Shown one piece after another: positions 16,318 to 23,372 of a DNA stretch of 32,000 nt (the first letter of the stretch is position 1; each line of letters begins with the position of its first letter). The stretch lies in the NCBI RefSeq assembly GCF_008065095.1, contig NZ_CP042911.1:1290001-1322000 (forward strand). The letters are read 5' to 3'. The position numbers and the translations under genes are program-made. Origin of the DNA: Gemmata obscuriglobus (lineage in GTDB: Bacteria > Planctomycetota > Planctomycetia > Gemmatales > Gemmataceae). The notes beneath the pieces were generated by a model. That model did no database searches. It saw only the letters and a list, made by a program, of their open reading frames with translations, and was not told where the DNA came from.

Positions 16318-17598
16318 CTACTGGCTCTGCTGAGAATTGCTGGGTCTTTGAGCGGAAGGGCAGGGATTCGAACCCTGGAACACCTTTCGGTGTTGCCGGT
16401 TTTCAAGACCGCAAGCCGGTTCCGCGATCGCCTTGTTTTTCAAGCGTTCGGTGTCGTCAGTTTCGCTGCTTGCATCCTGCTTGCATCCAATCGCGTCGAA
16501 CACCGCGACGGCGGCACGCTTCTCTCCGTGTGCGAGGTGCCCGTAGCGGTCGGCGGTCAGTGTGATGGTGCTGTGCCGCGCGAGCGCCTGCGCGACCTTC
16601 AGGTTCGTGCCGCCCCGGATCAGGCGCGAGATGTAGCTGTGCCGCAAGCTGTGGAAGTCCGCGAAAAGTCCGTCTTTGACGTAGGGCACGCCCGCGGCGT
16701 GCAAATCGGCCTTCAGGAACTTGCCCGCGCCTTTGTGCTTCGCCCAGGTGCCCGGCCAGCAGAGATTGCCCGCGGGCTTGCCCTTCAGCCACTCAACCAA
16801 AAGTGGAACGACCACAGGGGGGAGGGGTTGAACCGCGGGATCGCCGTTCTTGGTGAACTCGCCCGGAACAGTCACTTCTGCGTGCGCGAGGTCGAACGAC
16901 GAGGGCTTCAGCGAACCGAGTTCGGCCGATCGCAGCCCGGTGAACACGGCAACGCGGTACAACATCGCTCGATCGGTCGCGGAGAGCTTGGAGCGGGTAA
17001 TGCCCTCCTCTTCTGTGGTCGCGATCAGCGATTGTAACTCTTCGGCAGTAAGCTCGCGCCGGTCGTGCTTGCGGTCCTTCCGCACGTCCCACGGTTCCAG
17101 GTCTTGGAACGGGTTCTCGGTCAGGATCTTCCGGCGGATGAGGAACCGCGCGAACTGCTTCAGCGCGGAGAGGTAGAAGTTGCGGGTCTGGTAACTGGCG
17201 AACTGCTCGGAGTCCTCTCGGACCTTCAACCCGCCGATGAACGTGTAAGCGGCTTCGCCTTTCAGGTCGCGTGCGCGGTCGAAACTGCACCCGGCCGTCA
17301 CGCGCGTGACTCGCGCTTTGAGCAACTCGATCTGTTCAGCGGAAGTGCCCTTCACGCGGAGCGCTTCGGCCCACTCGCCCACGAGAGCCGAGAGGCTCTT
17401 GCGCCGGTCGTCGTCCTTGCTCATCACGACGACGCCGAGCGTGCCAGCGGCCTTCTTGTCGAGCAACTGCGCGGCCATTTCCTCAGCGATCTTCTTATTT
17501 GGCGACAACGGCACATGCTTTTTATCGATCGAGATGTACCACTTCTTCGACTGCGATTGCTTGCCCTTGCGGGTCCAGGTCTTCTTGAAGAGGTTCAT
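16318..17598 (-). CDS. Tyrosine-type site-specific integrase (phage integrase family)
   Basis: ATG 17598 has GAGGA about 9 nt upstream. Catalytic residues: TGLRSAEL (Arg I), HSLRHSYISRL (H-x-x-R), ARHSTITLTADRYGHL (His/Tyr). G+C is visibly lower than in neighbouring genes. The last ~55 codons run through an 11-bp duplication and a tRNA fragment. Confidence 0.9.
   Translation of the reverse strand: MNLFKKTWTRKGKQSQSKKWYISIDKKHVPLSPNKKIAEEMAAQLLDKKAAGTLGVVVMSKDDDRRKSLSALVGEWAEALRVKGTSAEQIELLKARVTRVTAGCSFDRARDLKGEAAYTFIGGLKVREDSEQFASYQTRNFYLSALKQFARFLIRRKILTENPFQDLEPWDVRKDRKHDRRELTAEELQSLIATTEEEGITRSKLSATDRAMLYRVAVFTGLRSAELGSLKPSSFDLAHAEVTVPGEFTKNGDPAVQPLPPVVVPLLVEWLKGKPAGNLCWPGTWAKHKGAGKFLKADLHAAGVPYVKDGLFADFHSLRHSYISRLIRGGTNLKVAQALARHSTITLTADRYGHLAHGEKRAAVAVFDAIGCKQDASSETDDTERLKNKAIAEPACGLENRQHRKVFQGSNPCPSAQRPSNSQQSQ
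16353..16412 (-). tRNA. Partial tRNA-Ser(UGA): anticodon arm, long variable arm, T arm and 3' acceptor strand only (att-site-like remnant, not a functional gene)
   Basis: The minus strand reads GCGGT-CTTGAAA-ACCGG (anticodon TGA), AACACC-GAAA-GGTGTT (variable arm), CAGGG-TTCGAAT-CCCTG (T arm), CCCTTCC-G. The complementary 5' acceptor strand GGAAGGG and a D arm are absent from the next ~300 nt. Confidence 0.6.
16467..16488. repeat. Perfect 11-bp tandem duplication (tgcttgcatcc x2) inside the integrase 3' end
   Basis: Units at 16467-16477 and 16478-16488 are identical. Removing one unit puts TGA (16457-16459) in frame, ending the integrase at ...AIGCKQRN. Confidence 0.95.
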
Positions 17599-17642
17599 TC
17601 CGCTCGTCCTCAACGCTTGTGATTGGTGACAGTACCACATTC

Positions 17643-17702
17643 GGGAGGTAGGGAGGTAAGGGAGGTATCTCCAGCTTTACTCCCCATTCCTCCCTACCTC
17701 TG
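17643..17702. promoter_or_regulatory. GGGAGGTA repeat array upstream of the integrase gene (3 direct copies plus 2 degenerate inverted copies)
   Basis: GGGAGGTA occurs at 17643-50, 17651-58 and 17660-67. The inverted block CCTCCCTACCTC (17689-17700) is the exact complement of GAGGTAGGGAGG (17646-57). Confidence 0.6.
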
Positions 17703-17715
17703 GGCTCCTTTTTTT

Positions 17716-18769
17716 GGCTCATGTGGCGTCAGAGGTGATTGGTTCATGTGGCGTTAGAGGTGATTCCCATCAGTATTCGGAGGGTATCGGGGATCGTCTC
17801 CTTCAAGTTGTACGCCCACTGGAACACCGCCACGTACTGACTCAGGTAGTGCTTGCTCACGCCGCGGAACGGCCGCAGGAATGTTCGTAAGGCGGCCCAC
17901 AGCCCCTCGAGGGTGTTGTCGTGCACCTCTCGGATCCCGTCCCCGCCGTCGCCCCGGGGCCACTCCCGCTGGCCCGGGGAGTGGTTCACCGTCGCATGCC
18001 TCCGATTCTTCTCGGGTAGCCGGTTGTACCCGCTCCACTCGTCGGTACACATCATCGCCACGACTTCCGTCTATTGTATTAATAATCTCTCAAGCTTCTT
18101 ATAATACAGTGATTGGCCACCTCCAGAGCGATTGTTCGCGTGTCCCGGCTGACGACTCCGACCACCGGCGGCCAGTCGTTGCCGAAGGTCCCGCGGCCCC
18201 GTCGCTTGTTCGCCCGGCGCCGCGGCGGGTCATCCGGATCGGGATGCGGAATCCCTTTTTCCCCGCGTTCTGGAACATCTCGTCGGCCTCGGTGGCGCGG
18301 CCGGGGACCGGCCCGGTGCGCCCGCGGCCAAGCCTTGGAGTTTGTGTCGCACGGCCAGCAGTTGTTTACGGTCGCACCGAGTTCGCGAGCCAATTGGGCG
18401 GTCGGGGTGCCCTGACAAATGCCCCGCAGGAGGAGCACCAACTGAGTCGGCGAGCGGCGCGTCTTCTGAAACCGGGGTGCCGGTGTACGCGTTGAATACC
18501 GCCCCGCAGTGCCGGCACCGATAATCGAGCACCGGGGCGCGGTGCCGGTCGTGAACGGATACCGCATCCGTCTGTCGACACAGGGGGCAGCCGAGCCCAT
18601 CGGGGTGGAACGTCTCGACGAGGAACTGGTAGCACCCGCTCGGGTCCATCAGGTCGGTGATCGGGAAATCCATCCGCGAGCCTCCGGGCCACATCTCATC
18701 CACGGGTCACAGTCGGATTGACGACCGGAACGGGCGATACCGCCGTTCACCTCTTACGCCACATGAGCC
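17716..18769 (-). mobile_element. Decayed IS1595-family (ISXO2-like) insertion sequence with terminal inverted repeats and a tandemly duplicated left end
   Basis: Left IR GGCTCATGTGGCGTCAGAGGTGA (17716-17738) matches the reverse complement of the right IR at 18747-18769 in 22/23 positions. A second 25-bp left-end copy lies at 17741-17765. The total of ~1.05 kb fits this IS family. Confidence 0.75.
17744..18703 (-). pseudogene. IS1595-family DDE transposase, disrupted by at least four frameshifts or stops
   Basis: Homologous pieces sit in three frames. Zn-ribbon N-terminus: DGLGCPLCRQTD...YRCRHCGAVFNAYTGT. Then FQKTRRSPTQLVLLLRGICQGTPTAQLARELG, CDRKQLLAVRHKLQ and GEKGIPHPDPDDPPRRRANKRRGRGTFGNDWPPVVGVV. 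DDE C-terminus: TDEWSGYNRL...TVNHS...NTLEGLWAALRTFLRPFRGVSKHYLSQY. Confidence 0.75.
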
Positions 18770-18893
18770 GACAGGTTTTGGACTTCGAGTCAAAAGTCGT
18801 CAGGTCAGCAAGTAATAAAGTCACAAGCCATCATTATCACTGGATTTGCGACCTTACGACTTTCGACGATCGGACTTTTGCCCCGGAGCCCTT

Positions 18894-18926
18894 AAGTGTT
18901 CGGCGCGGCGGCCGCGCCGAACACTT
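18894..18926. repeat. 33-bp near-perfect palindrome AAGTGTTCGGCGCGGC-G-GCCGCGCCGAACACTT
   Basis: Two 16-bp arms are exactly complementary around a single central base. It is intergenic, ~125 bp beyond the IS right end. Confidence 0.9.
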
Positions 18927-19280
18927 GGCACACGCGCATTCGCGCCCAAGTGCAGACTCTTTAACCGGTTCCGGTGCGGTACGGGGATGCCCTTGTCGTG
19001 TGTCGGCTCCAAAGGTGCTTCCCCGGGCCGTCCCGTGAGCGGGGGCGGGTTCTCATTTTCATTAAAGGTAGTCTTGTTCGTGTTGCACGCCGACGCGGTT
19101 CTGGGTCTACTCACCGCCAAACCCGGGCACCCGGTGCGCCGGGCGGCGATGGTGGAAGCAGAGAAGATGCGGGCACTCGCTCCGAGTCGGGGCGGCACTG
19201 AACCGATGCGGCACGCGGCCCCGAGGTGCGCTGTTGCTCAGGCTCCGTTCTGCGATCCGAGGTCCGCAAGAGGAGTAACC

Positions 19281-20504
19281 ATGTCACGGATGATCTTCGG
19301 TGTGGCGCTGGGCTTCGGTCTGGTCGTCGCGATCGGGTGCGGGTCGAGCCCGGCGCCCACGCAACCGGCCGCCGCGCCCCAAGAGCCCGAGCCGAAGAAA
19401 GGACAGGAGCCGGCCCCGGCGGCGCAGGTTGAAGCGCCGAAAGCCGAGGTTCCGAAGACGGACTCCCCGAAGCCGGGGGCGGCTCAGGTGGCGTGGGAAC
19501 TCGACCCCGCGAAGCACGCGATCCCCAACGCGCCGGTGCGCGGGCGCGTCGCGGGAGCCGACGTGACGCCCGGGGTACTCGTCACCGCCGAGGAGGTCAT
19601 CTTCCGCACCCCCGCGGACACGATGCAACCGCTCGAGCGGTCGGTAACGCTCCGGCTCGCGCCGCGGGTCCCGGGCCAGCCCACGCCGCCGCCGATCACG
19701 GGGCGGAGCTGGAAAGTGGACCCGAAGGACGCCGGGCCGGAGGTGTGGGTGGAGGTGAAGGGGCAGCCCATCCTCTCGCAGCCGAACGGCTACGCGCTAA
19801 CGCTCGACCTCGGGGCACGCAAGAACGGCAAGGTGACCGGCAAGGTGTACGTGTCGCTGCCGGACAAGGACCAGACGGTACTGGCCGGCACGTTCGACGC
19901 GGAGTATTTCCGGCTCGCGGAGGAGCCCCCGGGCGCCGACGACGCCCCGTTCATTGTCGGCGAGGTCGCGGTGATGGGGGCCGCGCCGGGTACGCCGGTG
20001 CGGTGCGCGTGCGCCGCGTTCCTGCCGAACAACAGTTCGGTGTTCTTCCCGGAGTCGCAGGTCGAGTTCAAGGGCGCGCCGGTGAAGTTCGAGCACACCC
20101 GGATCGAGCCGGGGCGGTACCTGATCGCCGCGGCGACCGCGGGCGGCCCGGTGGTGTGGAAGTGGCTCAACGTGCCCGCCAACGGGATGCTGACCGAGCG
20201 CCTGACGCTCGACGTCACCAAAACCGGCGGCCTGGAAGTGACCGCCGCCGCGGACGCGAAGGGCACGGTGATGCTGGCGCCGGCCGACGACGCGAGCGCC
20301 GAGCCGCTGCTCCCGGAACTGTTCAAGGGCTTCGCCGTGATGACGGCCCGCGCGAACGCCGACATCGTGGCGGGCAAAGCCCTGGTGAAGAACCTCGGGC
20401 CTGGGCGCTACGAAGTTCGCCTCGGCGACGAACGCCGGATCGTGGAAGTGGTCGCGGGCAAGACCGTCGAAGTGAACATGGTTCCCGCCCCGCCGAAGAA
20501 ATGA
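19281..20504 (+). CDS. Lipoprotein of unknown function (407 aa) with a Pro/Ala/Lys-rich linker
   Basis: ATG 19281 lies 5 nt after AGGAG. Signal peptide plus lipobox: MSRMIFGVALGFGLVVAIGCGS. A low-complexity linker (PAAAPQEPEPKKGQEPAPAAQVEAPKAEVPK) is followed by a beta-rich domain. Confidence 0.8.
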   Translation: MSRMIFGVALGFGLVVAIGCGSSPAPTQPAAAPQEPEPKKGQEPAPAAQVEAPKAEVPKTDSPKPGAAQVAWELDPAKHAIPNAPVRGRVAGADVTPGVLVTAEEVIFRTPADTMQPLERSVTLRLAPRVPGQPTPPPITGRSWKVDPKDAGPEVWVEVKGQPILSQPNGYALTLDLGARKNGKVTGKVYVSLPDKDQTVLAGTFDAEYFRLAEEPPGADDAPFIVGEVAVMGAAPGTPVRCACAAFLPNNSSVFFPESQVEFKGAPVKFEHTRIEPGRYLIAAATAGGPVVWKWLNVPANGMLTERLTLDVTKTGGLEVTAAADAKGTVMLAPADDASAEPLLPELFKGFAVMTARANADIVAGKALVKNLGPGRYEVRLGDERRIVEVVAGKTVEVNMVPAPPKK

Positions 20505-20539
20505 CGCCGGCCCCGGGCGGTTAGCCGGCGCTTGTCGAA

Positions 20540-20559
20540 CCGCCTGCGTCAGCAGGCGG
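20540..20559. terminator. GC-rich hairpin (8-bp stem, GTCA loop) in a convergent intergenic region
   Basis: CCGCCTGC-gtca-GCAGGCGG. It lies 36 nt after the lipoprotein stop. No clear U-tract follows. Confidence 0.35.
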
Positions 20560-20601
20560 GTGGCGCGCTCCGCAGGCCCTCAGGGTTGCGCGACACTTTG
20601 A

Positions 20602-20659
20602 CGAGCCGCGACGGTCAGGGAGCGGAATACGTTACCCGCTCCCTGGCCGTCGCGGCTCG
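20602..20659. repeat. Long REP-like hairpin (24-bp stem with one G-U pair, 10-nt loop)
   Basis: CGAGCCGCGACGGTCAGGGAGCGG-aatacgttac-CCGCTCCCTGGCCGTCGCGGCTCG. It lies between the convergent lipoprotein and moeB-like genes. Confidence 0.8.
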
Positions 20660-20723
20660 TTCCGACACGTTACAAACATCTCCGGCCGCGTGCTGGACAC
20701 TGCACCCACGCCGCCCACAGCAA

Positions 20724-21911
20724 TCAGTACCGCGGCATCCCCGGATCGACCTTGTCGGCCCAGCCCAGGATGCCGCCGGTCAGGTTCACGAGTTTCGTGT
20801 AGCCTTGCGCCTTCAGGAAGTCGATCGCCTTCTGGCTCCGCATCCCGCTCTTGCAGTGGACGATCACCTCGCGGTCCTGCGGCACCTCGGCCAGCCGCGA
20901 CGGCAGTTCCGGGAGCGGGACGAGCACCGTTCCGGGGATGCGGCAGATCTGGAACTCGTTCGGGTTCCGCACGTCGAGGACGAACAGGTTCTCGCCCGCG
21001 TCGATCCGCTTCTTGAGCTGCTCCGGCGTGATGTCGCTGCCGCCGAGCGCGGGCTGTGCGGCGGTGGCGCCGCCCCGCACGCCGCAGAACTCTTCGTAAT
21101 CGATCAGCCCCTTGATCGTGGGGTGCGGGGCGCCGACGGCCCACTTGGGGTCGCGCCGGATCTTGTACGTCTTGAACGTCATGTTGAGGGCGTCGTAGTG
21201 CAACAGACGCCCGATGAGCGGTTCGCCGATCCCCAGGATCAGCTTGATGGTTTCCGTCGCCTGGATGCAGCCGATCACGCCCGGCAGAATCCCCAGCACG
21301 CCGCCCTCGGCGCAACTCGGCACCTCGCCCGGGGGCGGCGGCTCGGGGTACAGGCACCGGTAGCACGGGCCGACGCGCGGGTCGAACACCGTCGCCTGCC
21401 CGTCGAACCGGAAGATGCTCCCGTACACGTTCGGCTTGTTGAGCAGCACGCAGGCGTCGTTCACCAGGTAGCGGGTCGGGAAGTTGTCGGTCCCGTCCAC
21501 CACGATGTCGTAGTGCTTCACGATGTCGAGCGCGTTCTTCGAGGTGAACTGCGTCTCCCAGAGGTCGAGTTGTACCTCCGGGTTCACGTCGCGCAGCCGG
21601 TCGGCGGCGGACTGGCACTTCGAGCGCCCCACATCCGCGGTGCCGTGGATGATTTGCCGCTGGAGGTTCGAGGTGTCCACCACGTCGAAATCGACCAGCC
21701 CGAGCGTGCCGACCCCGGCCGCGGCGAGGTACAGCGCCAGCGGCGAGCCGAGCCCGCCGGTGCCGATGACGAGCACCTTCGCGGCCTTGAGCTTCCGCTG
21801 CCCGTCCAGCCCGACCTCGGGCATAATCACGTGCCGCGAGTACCGGGCGAACTCGGGCTGCGTGAGGGACACGTCGGCCCAGCGGCCGCTAAGCAGATCG
21901 GGAAGCGGCAT
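20724..21911 (-). CDS. moeB: MoeB/ThiF-family adenylyltransferase with a C-terminal rhodanese domain (MoeZ/MOCS3-type sulfur-carrier activating enzyme)
   Basis: ATG 21911 has GGAGAA 8 nt upstream. YSRHVIMPEVGLDGQRKL, nucleotide loop VIGTGGLGSP, DFDVVDTSNLQRQ, Zn motif CYRC...SCAEGGVLG. Rhodanese loop VHCKSGMRS. Confidence 0.88.
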   Translation of the reverse strand: MPLPDLLSGRWADVSLTQPEFARYSRHVIMPEVGLDGQRKLKAAKVLVIGTGGLGSPLALYLAAAGVGTLGLVDFDVVDTSNLQRQIIHGTADVGRSKCQSAADRLRDVNPEVQLDLWETQFTSKNALDIVKHYDIVVDGTDNFPTRYLVNDACVLLNKPNVYGSIFRFDGQATVFDPRVGPCYRCLYPEPPPPGEVPSCAEGGVLGILPGVIGCIQATETIKLILGIGEPLIGRLLHYDALNMTFKTYKIRRDPKWAVGAPHPTIKGLIDYEEFCGVRGGATAAQPALGGSDITPEQLKKRIDAGENLFVLDVRNPNEFQICRIPGTVLVPLPELPSRLAEVPQDREVIVHCKSGMRSQKAIDFLKAQGYTKLVNLTGGILGWADKVDPGMPRY

Positions 21912-21941
21912 TGAAGGTTCTCCGAAAGCAGTAAGTAAAAG

Positions 21942-22062
21942 CAGATTGGCCACAAAAAAGCACAAAGGGCACAAAAGGAAACCAAGGCAGAAGAGTGAGT
22001 TCAAACACTTCTTCTGCCTTGGTTTCCTTTTGTGCCCTTTGTGCTTTTTTGTGGCCAATCTG
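21942..22062. repeat. Long-hairpin palindromic repeat element, near-perfect copy 2 (56-bp stem with one bulge, 8-nt loop)
   Basis: CAGATTGGCCACAAAAAAGCACAAAGGGCACAAAAGGAAACCAAGGCAGAAGAGTG (21942-21997) is complementary to 22006-22062 except for one extra T. It lies between the fabF stop and the moeB-like start. Confidence 0.95.
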
Positions 22063-22079
22063 TCTTCGCGGCCCACCCA

Positions 22080-23372
22080 CTAAATCGCGCCGAACGCGAG
22101 CGAGCAGTTGTGGCCGCCGAACCCGAAGCTGTTCGACAGTACCTTGCGCACACGGGCCTCGCGGGCCGTGTTGGGGATGTAGTCCAGGTCGCACCCCGCC
22201 TCGACATCCTGGTTCTTCAGGTTGATCGTCGGGTGCAGCACGCCGTGCTTGATGCTCAGCGCGCAGGCGACCGCTTCCACGCCGCCGCTGGCGCCGAGCA
22301 GGTGGCCGATCATGCTCTTGGTGCTCGACACCATGAGCTTCTTGGCGTGCTCGCCGAACACGAGCTTCACGGCCTTCGTTTCGGCCACGTCCCCCAGGCC
22401 GGTGCTGGTGCCGTGCGCGTTGATGTAATCAACGTCGGCCAGGTTCCAGCCGGCGTCCTTCACCGCCTCCCGCATCGCCTCCGCGGCGCCGATGCCGTCT
22501 TCGTGCGGGGCGGTGATGTGGAACGCGTCCGCGGTGTTGCCCGAGCCGCACACCTCGGCGTAGATCGTGGCGTTACGGGCCTTCGCCCGCTCGTACTCTT
22601 CGAGGACGAGGATGCCGGCGCCTTCGCTCAGCACGAAGCCGTCGCGGTCCTTGTCCCAGGGCCGGCTCGCGGCCTTCGGGTCGTCGTTCCGCTGGGACAG
22701 CGCGCGGCACGCGATGAACCCGCCCAGCCCGAGCGGCGTCACCGCCGCCTCGCTGCCGCCGGAGACCATCACGTCGGCGAGCCCGCTGCGGATCGCGGCC
22801 ACCGAGTCGGCGATGGCGTGCGCCGCGGACGAACACGCGGTCGAAACGGTCGTGTTCGGGCCGCGCAGCCCGAACCGGATGGAAATGTTGCCGCTGGCCG
22901 AGTTCGCGATCATCTTCGCGATGAGGAACGGCCCGAGCCGGTCGGGGCCGCGCTCCATGAGCGTGCGGTGCCCGTCCTCCCACTCGGCCATGCCGCCGAT
23001 CCCGCTGCCGAGGATGCACCCGCAGCGGAACGGGTTCTCTTTGGCGAAGTCGAGCCCGCTCTCCTTCACCGCCTCGTGCGCGGCGACCACCGCGAACTGG
23101 GTGAACCGGTCGAGCCGGCGCGCCGAGCGGGTGTCGATGACGGGTTCGGGGGTGAAGCCCTTCACCTCGCCGGCGAACGTGACCTTGAACGGCACGTCCG
23201 TGCCGCTCACCAGCTTGAACGCGGCGGTGTCGAAGAGGGTGATCGGCGCGATGCCGCTCTGCCCGGCGAGAAGGCCCCGCCAGTAGTCCGGCACGTTCAG
23301 CGCGAGGGGGTTCACCGTGCCCAGCCCGGTAACCACCACCCGACGGCGGGTCGCGGGAAAGGAAGAAGTCAC
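22080..23372 (-). CDS. fabF: Beta-ketoacyl-ACP synthase II
   Basis: RVVVTGLGTVNPL, active-site context TACSSAAHAI, INAHGTSTGLGD, SFGFGGHN. 430 aa. The GTG start overlaps the acpP stop (GTGA). Confidence 0.95.
   Translation of the reverse strand: MTSSFPATRRRVVVTGLGTVNPLALNVPDYWRGLLAGQSGIAPITLFDTAAFKLVSGTDVPFKVTFAGEVKGFTPEPVIDTRSARRLDRFTQFAVVAAHEAVKESGLDFAKENPFRCGCILGSGIGGMAEWEDGHRTLMERGPDRLGPFLIAKMIANSASGNISIRFGLRGPNTTVSTACSSAAHAIADSVAAIRSGLADVMVSGGSEAAVTPLGLGGFIACRALSQRNDDPKAASRPWDKDRDGFVLSEGAGILVLEEYERAKARNATIYAEVCGSGNTADAFHITAPHEDGIGAAEAMREAVKDAGWNLADVDYINAHGTSTGLGDVAETKAVKLVFGEHAKKLMVSSTKSMIGHLLGASGGVEAVACALSIKHGVLHPTINLKNQDVEAGCDLDYIPNTAREARVRKVLSNSFGFGGHNCSLAFGAI

Noticed and set aside
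16353-16445. A complete tRNA-Ser gene
   Set aside because: The 3' acceptor strand CCCTTCC has no complementary GGAAGGG, and no D arm exists in the ~30 nt 5' of the anticodon stem or in the next ~300 nt. The 27-43 pair is also G-G. It is treated as a fragment or att remnant.
18897-18908. Shared 12-mer gttcggcgcggc between the 18894 palindrome and the 29859 hairpin as evidence for a repeat family
   Set aside because: At this G+C content and window size, hundreds of chance 12-mer matches are expected. There is no extended similarity beyond the 12-mer.
18923-18945. Sigma-54 promoter at TTGGCACACGCGCATTCGC (and other TGGCAC occurrences at about 800 and 16284)
   Set aside because: A good -24 TGGCAC is present, but there is no GC dinucleotide at the required +10 spacing (TT instead), and no downstream gene sits in a suitable position.
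18770-19280. Short ORFs in the gap between the IS and the lipoprotein gene (18854..19198 minus, 18974..19201 plus, and the 5' extension of 18846..20504)
   Set aside because: There are no RBS or start context, no motifs, and mixed composition. The lipoprotein has a clear AGGAG-ATG start at 19281 with a signal peptide immediately after it.
20532-21914. 460-aa plus-strand ORF antisense to the moeB-like gene; likewise 23950..26172 plus (740 aa) antisense to fabD/plsX, 22032..23405 plus antisense to fabF, and 13381..15279 minus antisense to the sigma-54 activator
   Set aside because: These are antisense shadows of strongly supported genes. The translations are Arg/Gly/Asp/His-rich with no recognisable domains.
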